A stretch of 63,857 nt of DNA, filler included, from Aduncisulcus paluster (lineage: Eukaryota), in assembly GCA_024181965.1 (NCBI GenBank). It is 6 parts of 6 records of this genome, joined end to end, with 100 filler letters (N's around TTAATTAATTAA, not from the genome) between each part and the next. Parts side by side here need not be neighbours in the genome. Positions count along the whole stretch, not along the records: positions 11,861 to 15,831 come from BQXS01010039.1; positions 15,932 to 44,115 come from BQXS01010040.1; 4 more parts are not named here. One strand, written 5' to 3'. Position 1 is the first letter of the stretch. Each line of letters opens with the position of its first letter. The notes below the pieces were generated by a model that saw only the letters and a program-made list of their open reading frames with translations, made no database searches and was not told where the DNA came from. This document shows, one piece after another, positions 11,861 through 22,017 of the stretch. The translations under genes were made by a program, and so were the position numbers.

Positions 11861-13587
11861 GAATCATATCTCAATTTCAAATGGACCATATCTTCTGAAT
11901 TTACCTCTTCCTCTTCCTTTTCTTCACTTGGATTCAAAGAAATATCACCCAAAATGGTCTCTTTTGGTTTGGATTCTCCTTCTTTTGTTTCCTCAATGTT
12001 GTGTTTTTTTCTCTCCATTTCTCTTTGTAAAGCAGCTCTTCCGGCTCTCACGGAAGGTAAAGTGGCACCCAAGTCCTGTTTTCCATTTTCTTGATTCAAG
12101 CACCGACTTTCCCCGAGCTCGAATTTGTACTTTTTCCCTTCCTTTCGACCTGTTTCAAATGTTTGTTTATGTTGTTTTTCAACCGCTTTCCCCTTTTCTT
12201 CCCCTTCTTTCCCGATCACTTTCTTCTCCCCTTTCCACCTCTGTTGAAACCTGAAATCTTTGTTTTCCTTATCATATTTTCTTTGGAATTTGCCCAAGAT
12301 GGTCGAACATCCTCCGTGTTTGGTGTCTTTATAAACCTTATAATCTATGATGCAGCCTTCAGGGTAATCTCTTGCTAATTGTCTCGGAAGAAAACCACCA
12401 CTGATGTCTCGGATGGTAAGAGCACCAGCTGCAGAATTATATGCACAGAATTCATGGTCTCCAACAACACATCCATTCTTGAAGAATAATATTTGAACAG
12501 TTGGCAACGAAGCCATCACAAAATGCTTGCTTCCTGCCGAAGATTGGACAAACCGTCGCTTCTCCCCTTGCCCAGTAACTTTGTTAAGATGATCAAGCTT
12601 CTGGCTGATCAAATCAAATGGGAGATTGGGTATTGTTTCTTCTTTTTCCGGCATTCTACCAGATCCTCCAGGGAGCTCATCTATGGGTGTGATCCTAACA
12701 ATATGTTTGTCAGAAGCCCATGAAAAGGGAGGGGAGGCTTCACTCTTGGAAGAAACAGAAGATGAAGGATTAATAGTTGAAGACTCGCCAGAAGGTGGAG
12801 AAGAAGCAATCGACTCGGAAGATGGAGCCACAAGAGGAATATTACTATTACTTCTCGCAGACATGGGAGATCGCCGATGACTGCCTTGTCGGACTTCGAA
12901 TCTATCACTATCTTTGTCGTCTCGGTCTTGGGAATAACCAGGCTTGTGATCCATCATATGTATTTTGTTTTTGCCTTTACCGATGGTTGGTAATGGCACT
13001 CTTAAACGTAAATTGGCTGAAGATGGCCGCTGAGATCGAATTATTTGGCTTGGGGCTTTTGCATTGACAGATGAAAAAGGCAAAGAAGTCGATGAAGAAG
13101 TGGATCGTGATCGGGTATCAATTTGTTTCACTTGAACATGAATATCACGATCATCATGGCGTGGTGGAGTTATCAATTTCTTTGTAATAATAGAAGATTT
13201 AGGTTTGGAGGCTCCAGGAAGAGAAGCTCCACAATAGAACTTAAGCTCATCATCTAACCCTTTAAATGTAATAAATGCCCTTAATGATTCTAATTCAAGA
13301 AATATATCTTCATTTTCTTCAACTTTATCGAGTCTTTCTTTCAAAGAAGCATTCTCCATCTCAACACTATATAAATGAGCCTTTAAACTCCTAATCTGCG
13401 ACTCAGATTGAGCTAGTTTTTTGGCTAAAGATGTAACAAATCCAGATTTTGCACCTCCTTCACGGGCAGCAGTGATATTTTCAGAGAGTGATTTGTAAAC
13501 ATACTTTCCCATATATTCTCGTGGTTTCGTTGGTTCTTTTTTATGTTTATCTTTCTTTTTTGAGTATTTTATCGAGGTAATATCCAT
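11861..13587 (-). CDS. UBXN11: UBXN11-like p97/Cdc48 adaptor (coiled coil + SEP domain; UBX domain cut off by linker)
   Basis: 'ILFFKNGCVVGDHEFCAYNSAAGALTIRDISGGFLPRQLARDYPEG' matches the UBXN11 SEP pattern (LYRNG...GPF......RDILDGFFP.EL...YP.G). There is an N-terminal coiled coil, and 'MVHLKLRYD' at the break fits a UBX first strand. First in-frame ATG is at 13587. Confidence 0.7.
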
Positions 13588-13768
13588 TGATGTTGTGTAT
13601 ATGTCGCGCAATTGTCACATTTTATTTTCAATGGATTTTGATAAGATTTAACAATTGTTGATGTTAATTTTTGAGGTACTCAATCAATTGGCATTCATAA
13701 AATATTGATAAAAAATAAAAATTCCATTAAGATGGGAAAAATGTGCTTTTCGAAGCATTCAACAACTA

Positions 13769-15831
13769 ATGTCAACAACACGTATGTATTTTGTTTATTA
13801 ATTAGAAAATAATAATTATGTTAAACATTTTTATTTATAATTATGCAATTTTTGGTGCACGAAATATTCAATCCCTATTATATCTTCATTTTCGAATTAA
13901 CTCGAATGCAATATTGATGAAATATCAATTAATATCTTTTTAGGGCGGATATATGCCGGTACACGAGAAGAAAGAAGGGAGAGCTCGAAATTTCATTCAC
14001 ATCGTCGAATTGTTTCTCGGAAGTCTTCTTCCTCTTCTTCAAGCGTTGAGATGAGTACAAAACCTCTTCAGAGCATTGAGGAGGAGAAACAACGTCTTAT
14101 GAATGTTTTGGCATGCATGAGTGCAGAAGAAAAATATAGAAAGCTCCCCGACGATGTGTATGGTTTGCAGCATGATAACACCAGTGATACACACCATTTC
14201 GAAGAAGAAAAAAGCGATAGTTTGAGTGAAACTCCTTCTCTTGAAGAAGAACATCCCTTCCCTAAACATCGGCCTCAGAATCCCTCAATTCCATCAAAAT
14301 ATGAACACTATCCGTTTGTAAAGAAAGAAAGAAGAGACAGAGAAGCAATAAGTTATAAAGAAAGAGATAGACCAAGAGAATCGTTAAATATGAAAGCGGA
14401 GACGAGAGAAAGAAGAATAGAAAGAAGAACAAAGGGGAGAATTGAAGAAAGAAGAAGAGAAGAGGAAAAAGAAGAGGAAGAACAAAAAGATACGAGTGCA
14501 AAACAAGCTTCTCACGAGTCTCGTTGGGCTGATGTAAGGAAAAGGATGGAAGAATGGAAGCAACAGAGAATGAGAATCAAGAATGAGCGGTTGGAAAGGA
14601 GAAAAAGAGAATCTGAACATGCCAAAGATAAATCTATATCATCTTCAACTCCTTCAGCCATTCATACAAATGAACGTGGCAAAAGTTCGTCCACTTCCCA
14701 GAAATCTATCCCCTATAATTATAAAGAAAGAGAGAGGGAAAGAGAAAAGGAAAGAGAACCACATGCATCTCATTCACAGGCTCACTCTACCCATTCTCAC
14801 TCAGACTCTCACCAAACCCACCACCCTCACCACCCTCCTCGTCAATCCTTTCCTGGCCATCCTAGTGGTACAAAAATATCATCTCCTTATAGAAGACGTC
14901 AATATTATTCACATCAGCAACCCTCACATCAAGAACATGAAGAATATGAACACGAATATTCTTATGACCCAAATGAAAGGCATGGCGTCTCAGAAATATC
15001 GCATTCCCATACAGATAGCATTCACAATGAGGAAGAGATTGGTGCAATTAGTGCCGTTATTAGAGAACCCTCTCCTCCACGCCAAGAAGAAGGGTTAATA
15101 TCAACAGGAGTTCTCGAAGCTACTGGCGCATATATATCAACGAATGATTCTATTATTAGGACTCACTCAACGAAAGTGCCACCTGCACGCATGTATGGCA
15201 TGATAAATGACGGAATATTGGAAATGAGAGAGGGAGCGGGAGTAGTTGACGGATCACAAGTTTCAGACTACCATTATGATCTTATATCTGGACAAATATC
15301 ACCATATGATATTGCAGAAAAGAGGGGAGTGGAAAGAGAAGCTATTTATGGTGATTCTATAAAAAGGAATAATGAGAAAGAAGAAGAAGAATCTGATGGG
15401 GTTGACTTTTTTGCAACTTTGGAAGGAACACACGAATCTGAGTCTGAGTCTGAGTCTGAGAGGCGTCGGATTCGGATTGCTGAAGAGATTCGGAGAGAAG
15501 AAGAGGAGGAAGAGAAGAAAAGAGTTCAGGCAAGAACAAGAAAAACCGATATCCAGGAAGAAAAATTTTTCTCAAGATCGAAGAACAATGTTCGTAGAGA
15601 AAAAAAGAAAAAAGAAAGAGAAATTGTTGAACGAAAATCATCGCAAAAAACATTTCATCGTTTCCTCACATCTCCAAGTTCGAAGCAGGAAGAAGAAGGC
15701 AGGTTTTCGGACAAAGATGTTTCAAAAATAACGAAAAAATCTGATGATATCGATTATCACCAGATCCAGCATTCTGAGAGAATAGAGAAGGACCATACAG
15801 TTCCACGTGATTCCACTGCCCCTCGTTCTAT
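13769..15831 (+). CDS. Low-complexity charged/His-rich hypothetical protein; exon 1 13769-13781, intron 13782-13943, exon 2 from 13944 (3' truncated)
   Basis: ATG TCA ACA ACA C|GTATGT...TTTTTAG|GG CGG ATA TAT splices in frame into ORF 14051-15831 (MSTTRRIYAGTREERRESSKF...). Confidence 0.65.
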
Positions 15832-15931
15832 NNNNNNNNNNNNNNNNNNNNNNNNNNNNNNNNNNNNNNNNNNNNTTAATTAATTAANNNNNNNNNNNNN
15901 NNNNNNNNNNNNNNNNNNNNNNNNNNNNNNN
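15832..15931. other. Artificial contig-join linker
   Basis: N44-TTAATTAATTAA-N44. Confidence 0.97.
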
Positions 15932-16770
15932 CACACCGGATATTGAAAATATCTTAATAACTTTAAAGAGTTGGTATTGGATTGAAATTGAACGCTATTC
16001 CTCTTTCCAGCAAACTATCATTGAGAGTGGTGTTGATTTGTTTAGCCCTGAGTATGTTGCTGCCTTGGATTCATATGAGCCTTTTTCCTTTGTTTCACCA
16101 TACTCCTTGTATCATATATTGACCAATGAATGTATTAATTGCCCTCGCCATTTTACGGCTGCGTTGGAGAAAGTGAGAGTTCATTCATTTTCATGGGAAT
16201 GTTTGGATGATATTAGTTGGTTTCCTTCAAGAAATGGGATAACTCTCACATCTATCAATAAGTCAATTCCCAAGACAAATGGGATAATATTTGCAGAATA
16301 TGAACCACATATCATCACTCCAATTGGTCTCTTGGACTTTACTATCAGCCATATTATGTATGGGAGTTCCAAATCTCGGCCGCATTCTGAGGAATCTCTA
16401 TTTATGGAACAACATGGAAATTGGTCCAAAATTAGATCGGCATTAACTGTTCCAAATATCACACCGGATATTGAAAATATCTTAATAACTTTAAAGAGTT
16501 GGTATTGGATTGAAATTGAACGCTATTCCTCTTTCCAGCAAACTATCATTGAGAGTGGTGTTGATTTGTTTAGCCCTGAGTATGTTGCTGCCTTGGATTC
16601 ATATGAGCCTTTTTCCTTTGTTTCACCATACTCCTTGTATCATATATTGACCAATGAATGTATTAATTGCCCTCGCCATTTTACGGCTGCGTTGGAGAAA
16701 GTGAGAGTTCATTCATTTTCATGGGAATGTTTGGATGATATTAGTTGGTTTCCTTCAAGAAATGGGATAA
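15932..16770 (+). repeat. 311-bp exact direct repeat at 528-bp (176-codon) spacing
   Basis: 15932-16242 is identical to 16460-16770; the copies diverge after ...GAAATGGGATAA. Confidence 0.9.
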
Positions 16771-18308
16771 TTAGCATGTTTATTCCAATTGTCTTGGCAA
16801 AAATATCCCCTGGTAGAATTGTATTGTATATGCACAGACCTTCCTCAATCGGAAATACTGCTGAATTTTCTCTAAGAAGTATATTATGTCGTGGCCATAA
16901 GCTTGCTAGATTCCATTCGAATTGTTACAAACTGTCTGAGATGTGTCAATATCTCCTCAAACATGTTCTGATCGCTTCGAAGGATTCTCTCACTAATGTA
17001 AGATTAAAATTCATTAACCTGAGTGAGTATATCCCAATTTTTGATTTTGCGGCATGTCACTTTTCTCGTTTGAATTTTTTCTTGCTTCAATCGTGTGTTG
17101 TGACACCTAGTTCTATGGTCCGCTTACTTAAAACGATCTCTTCATTTATTCGGCCAGTGAACAGACTTCGTCTGTGCGGAGAAACGTTATTTCTTGATGA
17201 TGAAACTGTTGTGAAACGATCTGATGATCTTCTTTCCTTGGTTCGAGATGATTTACTGCAGTTCCATCCAGATATTGCCATATCAAATGAATTATCAACA
17301 CCTATTTCAAAAATCAAGAGTATTTATGATTGTGTTTCCACTGATACTCTTTCATTTATTCCGGAAAAATATGATATTAATTTAGAGCATCTTGAGATTC
17401 TCAAAATTCAGTTATGTTCTGTGAAATCATGTCTCTATTTCTTGGGGTTTGTTAATCGTATTTTACTAGGTTCTTCCAATTTAAAATACTTAACTCTCAA
17501 TGATTGTTTCGAAAATATTCCCTTGAGATTTCAGAAACAATTAATTCATGAACTTACAAAATCTGTTTTCAATGTAATTCCAAACACAATTGAAAAATTA
17601 TCTTTGGATGGTTTTCCTCTTTCGATAGAAAGTATACAATGTTTATTGTCGTGTGCCAAGAGAAATGATATTCGTTTATCTTCATTTTCTCTCTCAAAAT
17701 GTGTCTCTTTACAAATTGTTGAACCTCCCTTAGTACAATCTGAATGTGATATCTCAGATGATGAAACACATCGAATATATAAGGAAAAATTAAAGATACA
17801 GAAAAATCTTATCCAATCATTGCTCGAATATTTGATATTTGTGACATCGCCAGTCAATCCTGAGAAGAGAATAAGAACTGAAATGAGATGTGTCGAATTT
17901 TCTTCTTGTCCTGCCATGGATTTGATTGCTTTTGATGAGGAGTTGAGGAAATTATTTGATATTTTCATGGGGCAAATCATTTCCCATGTCTCTGAGATTC
18001 GTTTTGCAAATTCATACCGCTCCATTGAATTTGTGAAACTTGTCATGAATCATGTTATCAAGGCAGACAATCTTCTTTTGGAACTATTGGATTTGCGAAT
18101 TTTTAAGCTTCCGGTTGTGAATGTACCACTCGTTGACAGTCCTCCTGATGATCAGGTTTCAGCAGATACAAGGTGGGATATACGTTGTTATATTGATGAG
18201 ACAATCAAAAAGACTCCTCGTCTAGCTAGTTTTGATATAGGAAAGCCAACTTTGATTGGAATACACGCTAAAAGAGCTCACGAGAGTTGGGACGGATACA
18301 TCTTCTGA
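15933..18308 (+). CDS. Hypothetical protein with degenerate RNI-like leucine-rich repeats (5' truncated) and an exact internal duplication
   Basis: Long ORF open from the contig start, with LxxLxL-type motifs (LEHLEILKIQ, NLKYLTLND, IEKLSLDG, LLELLDLR). 15932-16242 is repeated at 16460-16770. Confidence 0.6.
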   Translation, partial: TPDIENILITLKSWYWIEIERYSSFQQTIIESGVDLFSPEYVAALDSYEPFSFVSPYSLYHILTNECINCPRHFTAALEKVRVHSFSWECLDDISWFPSRNGITLTSINKSIPKTNGIIFAEYEPHIITPIGLLDFTISHIMYGSSKSRPHSEESLFMEQHGNWSKIRSALTVPNITPDIENILITLKSWYWIEIERYSSFQQTIIESGVDLFSPEYVAALDSYEPFSFVSPYSLYHILTNECINCPRHFTAALEKVRVHSFSWECLDDISWFPSRNGIISMFIPIVLAKISPGRIVLYMHRPSSIGNTAEFSLRSILCRGHKLARFHSNCYKLSEMCQYLLKHVLIASKDSLTNVRLKFINLSEYIPIFDFAACHFSRLNFFLLQSCVVTPSSMVRLLKTISSFIRPVNRLRLCGETLFLDDETVVKRSDDLLSLVRDDLLQFHPDIAISNELSTPISKIKSIYDCVSTDTLSFIPEKYDINLEHLEILKIQLCSVKSCLYFLGFVNRILLGSSNLKYLTLNDCFENIPLRFQKQLIHELTKSVFNVIPNTIEKLSLDGFPLSIESIQCLLSCAKRNDIRLSSFSLSKCVSLQIVEPPLVQSECDISDDETHRIYKEKLKIQKNLIQSLLEYLIFVTSPVNPEKRIRTEMRCVEFSSCPAMDLIAFDEELRKLFDIFMGQIISHVSEIRFANSYRSIEFVKLVMNHVIKADNLLLELLDLRIFKLPVVNVPLVDSPPDDQVSADTRWDIRCYIDETIKKTPRLASFDIGKPTLIGIHAKRAHESWDGYIF

Positions 18309-18932
18309 AGAACTTCTTCAGTCCCGGGACTCAAAATCCCTTTGAGAAAGGTTAACTTTATTGAAAAAAGCCTAAGACTGATGTGGAGGTAGTGTTTTAT
18401 GAACAGACATACTCTTTTGAGGGTATAATCAATTTGGATGGAAAGAAGGATTGAAAAGGTTGAATTATGTGAATAAATAATGTCGAATCTTGGATGTAAG
18501 AACTTTAATCAGAGAGAATAGAGCAATCGAAAGACATCCATCTATCGATTGATATTGCCTTTCGTTATGAAAAAAATGGAGGATTTTAAAATGAAATAAT
18601 GGTTTTACATTATATATTAAGTCGCAATATGAATAATTATTGTGGAAAGCTCAATTTTAAGGATATCCTACATAATGAGGAAATTATGCCCATAATTCAG
18701 GGTATTTCAACCTTTTAAGGATTAAAATAGAGAGTTCCCCAAAAGATAAAGACATGAATTCTATTTTTAGAATTTCTATTTTTAGATTTTTCAAAAAACA
18801 ATTTCTTATATTATTAAAAAATATCACAAAAAAGTCATAGTTTTTGTGATATTCTTTGTTAAAAGTGAAATAGCATGAATATGTAATTTTCTAGCAAATA
18901 CTTTTATAGCAATAATCGAAAAATTCGATTAT

Positions 18933-19014
18933 GGTGAGATGGCCGAGTGGTCTAAGGCGGTCGCCTAGAAAGCGATTGTGATTTCACGCGTGGGTTCGAA
19001 TCCCACTCTTACCG
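18933..19014 (+). tRNA. tRNA-Ser(AGA), intronless, type II long variable arm
   Basis: Acceptor stem GGTGAGA/TCTTACC with G73; A box TGGCCGAGTGG; anticodon stem GTCGC/GCGAT with loop CT-AGA-AA; variable arm TGTGATTTCACGC; T arm GTGGG-TTCGAAT-CCCAC; no encoded CCA. Confidence 0.95.
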
Positions 19015-19021
19015 TTTTTTT
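19015..19021 (+). terminator. RNA polymerase III oligo-T terminator
   Basis: Seven T residues immediately follow the tRNA discriminator base. Confidence 0.8.
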
Positions 19022-19221
19022 AATTACTGTTCGCCTTCTAGCTTGTGATTCAGCCAACCCCCGAATAGTCTATCGTTTAAATGACAAATATTGTCCGCAA
19101 AGATCTTGTTTTTCAATTGGCAACGCTCAATCAGCGGATATATTAAAGCCCAATCAAAGAAAAGATTTATCACTGATGAAATAGTAAATTTACTTAAAAA
19201 AACACCTTGATTATAAAAATA

Positions 19222-21741
19222 TTACCCTTGAGCAAACATCTTTTCCATGACATCTTTTTCCTCTTGTTCTAATTTCTTCTCCTTTACGTGTGCAATAATA
19301 ACAATAATTCCAATCAAGATAAGACCAATAGCCAGAGTTAGGATAACCCAAGGAAGAACCTCAGGAAAAGGAATGTCAACCTCGATACTCCATCCGGGGG
19401 CTGATTCCCTTGGATAAGGAATGGTGAAGACTCTAGAGTTTGGAATAACACTCTGCCAAGCATGATAACTGAGATTAGCACCAATTCCAAACAAACCTCC
19501 TTCGCTTTCATGCATTGGGTATGAAGAGTAAACCTGATCAATGTATTGGGGAATCCTTCCAAGCCCCCACATTCCATCTTTCCTCGAAGCACTCATGGGT
19601 CCAGGCAGTGCGGCAGAACCGAACAAGGAAGCCACACCGGCCCTAGCCTTTCCACTCATATCGCTTGTGATCAACTTGGTAACGACACCAGGGAACACAG
19701 GCCCGAGAGGTTTGATTGCTGAGGATTTCGAATCATTGTGCTTATTCACATTCTTATTAGCCATGTAGGGAGGATTTGTATTATCCTTACAAGCACTAAC
19801 ACACAGACCATTAAGAGGGCGAATCCTCACAAAGAATCCATCGTTTCTGAAATTGTTGAACACAGGAGTGACTCTCTCGATTTGTCCATTGTCGTCAAGA
19901 TGGGACACCAGAATACTGAATATTCCTTGCTCACACACATCAAAGAAGACAGCGTGGACAGCAGCGGCCTGTTTAGTCAAAGCAGCAACACTAGCTCCCT
20001 TGTTGGAGGGTGCACCGGTGGAAGAAGACGACTGGGGAACTGAATCGAGCGGAGAGAGAGTGATAGAGTTCGTGAAACTATAGATTGACACAATATTATG
20101 GTCATAATCTGTCGTGGGATCAACATTGTCAATATATTCATCCATAACAGCAGAGACATCATTACAATCAACCCAATTCGCACTATAAGCATTGTCTCCA
20201 CACTCAACGGCTGTAACCGGCACAGTTATATCGGCCAAACCGTCCAATGAGAGATCACCATCATCAACTCTGCAAGGAATGTGGAGGGGATTGGTACCAT
20301 TGGGATTAACAAGCGGTCTGGCTGAAGGAGCTTGAAGAAACAGCCTTGATTGAATTCCTTGAGTTTTATCATCTGTATCGTTGTTAAACCAGAACAGACC
20401 CTTGTAGGTTGGGAAAGCGATCTCTTCAGAAACAGTTCCATATCCAACCCCATTGGCTCCGATAGTGAAGTTATCATCGACCACACAGAGAGCGGCATGA
20501 GCTCGACAACCACTTGCAGCAGATAGACCCTTGCACACGGGCATCTGGATGTTCCTGAGATAATGGAGAGAAGACTCTGCATCACAATGGTCGAAGGAAT
20601 CAGTATCATCAGCCCTACGACACACAGGGTATATGAAGTCAAGAGCAGAACTGTCAGCAGTGTCAACATAAGTAATGTAACCCATCCCTTCTTCCTCACC
20701 TGGTCCAAGGGGAATAACAGAGATGAGAGACATGTGTCTGTCAGCATCAAACATGTTTTCAATCTTCCAAATCTCAGCAAAGTAACAGCTCTCGAAACTT
20801 GAACGAGAAGGAGGTGTGTATGGATTCTTATCAGAAGAGGAACCAGGAGCAGCAGCATGAGAAGTTCTATAAATAGAATCTGGACTATAGATACCGTGAT
20901 ATCCCGGCACCTCAATCATATCACATTGATCGGGTGTTCCCTTAACGACAACGATTGTCTCAGTAACACAATCTCCATCAACATCAACAAGAGCCATGTC
21001 TGACAGAGTTCTTGAAGGAAGGCGATAAGTTTCCCCAGATAGGGCTTGAATATCATCTTCAGAGAGTTCAAAGGGAGAAGATTCCTCAAAATCATTGGAA
21101 GTAATATCGTCTGGAGCTGAATGGTTTTCCTGGTCTTCGAAAGAGGTATAATTGTTTGAGAGTGATGTAATCGTATCATTACCCTCCTTGACAACAATAA
21201 AATCAATCATGAAATTGCCGGAAATATCAGAAAGAAGGAATTGACCAGATATCTTATATTGTTGCGGAGGAACAGCGGAATTGTCCATAAGATCAAAAGG
21301 ATCGTTCCATCCAGAAAAATCAAGCTTTTGTGTATAAATACGAATGATGTTAATATTATCATCATCTCCATCAAGATGAATGAGCAATATAAGATCATAT
21401 TGCCCATTACGAGTGATATCGACAACAGATGTTGAAATAATTGTTCCATCGTCAATTGAAATACTATATCCCTCATCATTTTCATATTCTACATTTGATT
21501 GATTGTAAAAATGCACTTCAATTTCAGTTTTTGAATACTTCAGAATAACAAGGTCATTATATGAATTATTATTAATGTCTGCCACATCGGAAAGCTGTCC
21601 GTATATATCGTCAAATCCTACATCATCAAGTAATGTAAGTTCTGACACATTAATATTAGTTAATCCAGCCAGCACGAAGTTCACCAAACAACACGAGAAA
21701 ATCGCAAAAAAAATAAATATTTGAGGTGAATGAAACTCCAT
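19222..21741 (-). CDS. ITFG1: ITFG1 / LINKIN (T-cell immunomodulatory protein-like) FG-GAP repeat type I membrane protein
   Basis: Signal peptide after ATG 21741; FG-GAP-like loops (DINNNSYNDL, DITRNGQYDL, DVDGDCVTE, DLSLDGLADI); 'GLGRIPQYID'; 'WQSVIPNSRVFTIPYP...W'; a C-terminal TM followed by 'HVKEKKLEQEEK' (cf. LHWQEKKADDREK). Confidence 0.8.
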   Translation of the reverse strand: MEFHSPQIFIFFAIFSCCLVNFVLAGLTNINVSELTLLDDVGFDDIYGQLSDVADINNNSYNDLVILKYSKTEIEVHFYNQSNVEYENDEGYSISIDDGTIISTSVVDITRNGQYDLILLIHLDGDDDNINIIRIYTQKLDFSGWNDPFDLMDNSAVPPQQYKISGQFLLSDISGNFMIDFIVVKEGNDTITSLSNNYTSFEDQENHSAPDDITSNDFEESSPFELSEDDIQALSGETYRLPSRTLSDMALVDVDGDCVTETIVVVKGTPDQCDMIEVPGYHGIYSPDSIYRTSHAAAPGSSSDKNPYTPPSRSSFESCYFAEIWKIENMFDADRHMSLISVIPLGPGEEEGMGYITYVDTADSSALDFIYPVCRRADDTDSFDHCDAESSLHYLRNIQMPVCKGLSAASGCRAHAALCVVDDNFTIGANGVGYGTVSEEIAFPTYKGLFWFNNDTDDKTQGIQSRLFLQAPSARPLVNPNGTNPLHIPCRVDDGDLSLDGLADITVPVTAVECGDNAYSANWVDCNDVSAVMDEYIDNVDPTTDYDHNIVSIYSFTNSITLSPLDSVPQSSSSTGAPSNKGASVAALTKQAAAVHAVFFDVCEQGIFSILVSHLDDNGQIERVTPVFNNFRNDGFFVRIRPLNGLCVSACKDNTNPPYMANKNVNKHNDSKSSAIKPLGPVFPGVVTKLITSDMSGKARAGVASLFGSAALPGPMSASRKDGMWGLGRIPQYIDQVYSSYPMHESEGGLFGIGANLSYHAWQSVIPNSRVFTIPYPRESAPGWSIEVDIPFPEVLPWVILTLAIGLILIGIIVIIAHVKEKKLEQEEKDVMEKMFAQG

Positions 21742-22017
21742 ATATGGCTTTCTAAATTTTGAGTTTCTTCTATGTGGGCAAGAGGGACACATCTATGTGA
21801 ATTGGGATAACTCGTTGTTTCCGGAAAAATCATCCGTATTGCCGGATAAAATCAAAGAAAATTACCATTTTTATAAATTATTCGATTCATAATATTTTCA
21901 ATGATCTCTTTATAATATTCCTAAGCTTGGGCTTTCTCCCAAACAGGTATGAACCTTTTATCAGATAATATTGATTAATTTTCACAACCTACGATTAAAT
22001 ATAAATTTAATTTTATT

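Noticed and set aside
18965..18971. CTA in the tRNA anticodon loop, suggesting an amber suppressor
   Set aside because: With stem GTCGC/GCGAT the loop is C32 T33 A34 G35 A36, so the anticodon is AGA (Ser), consistent with G73 and the long variable arm.
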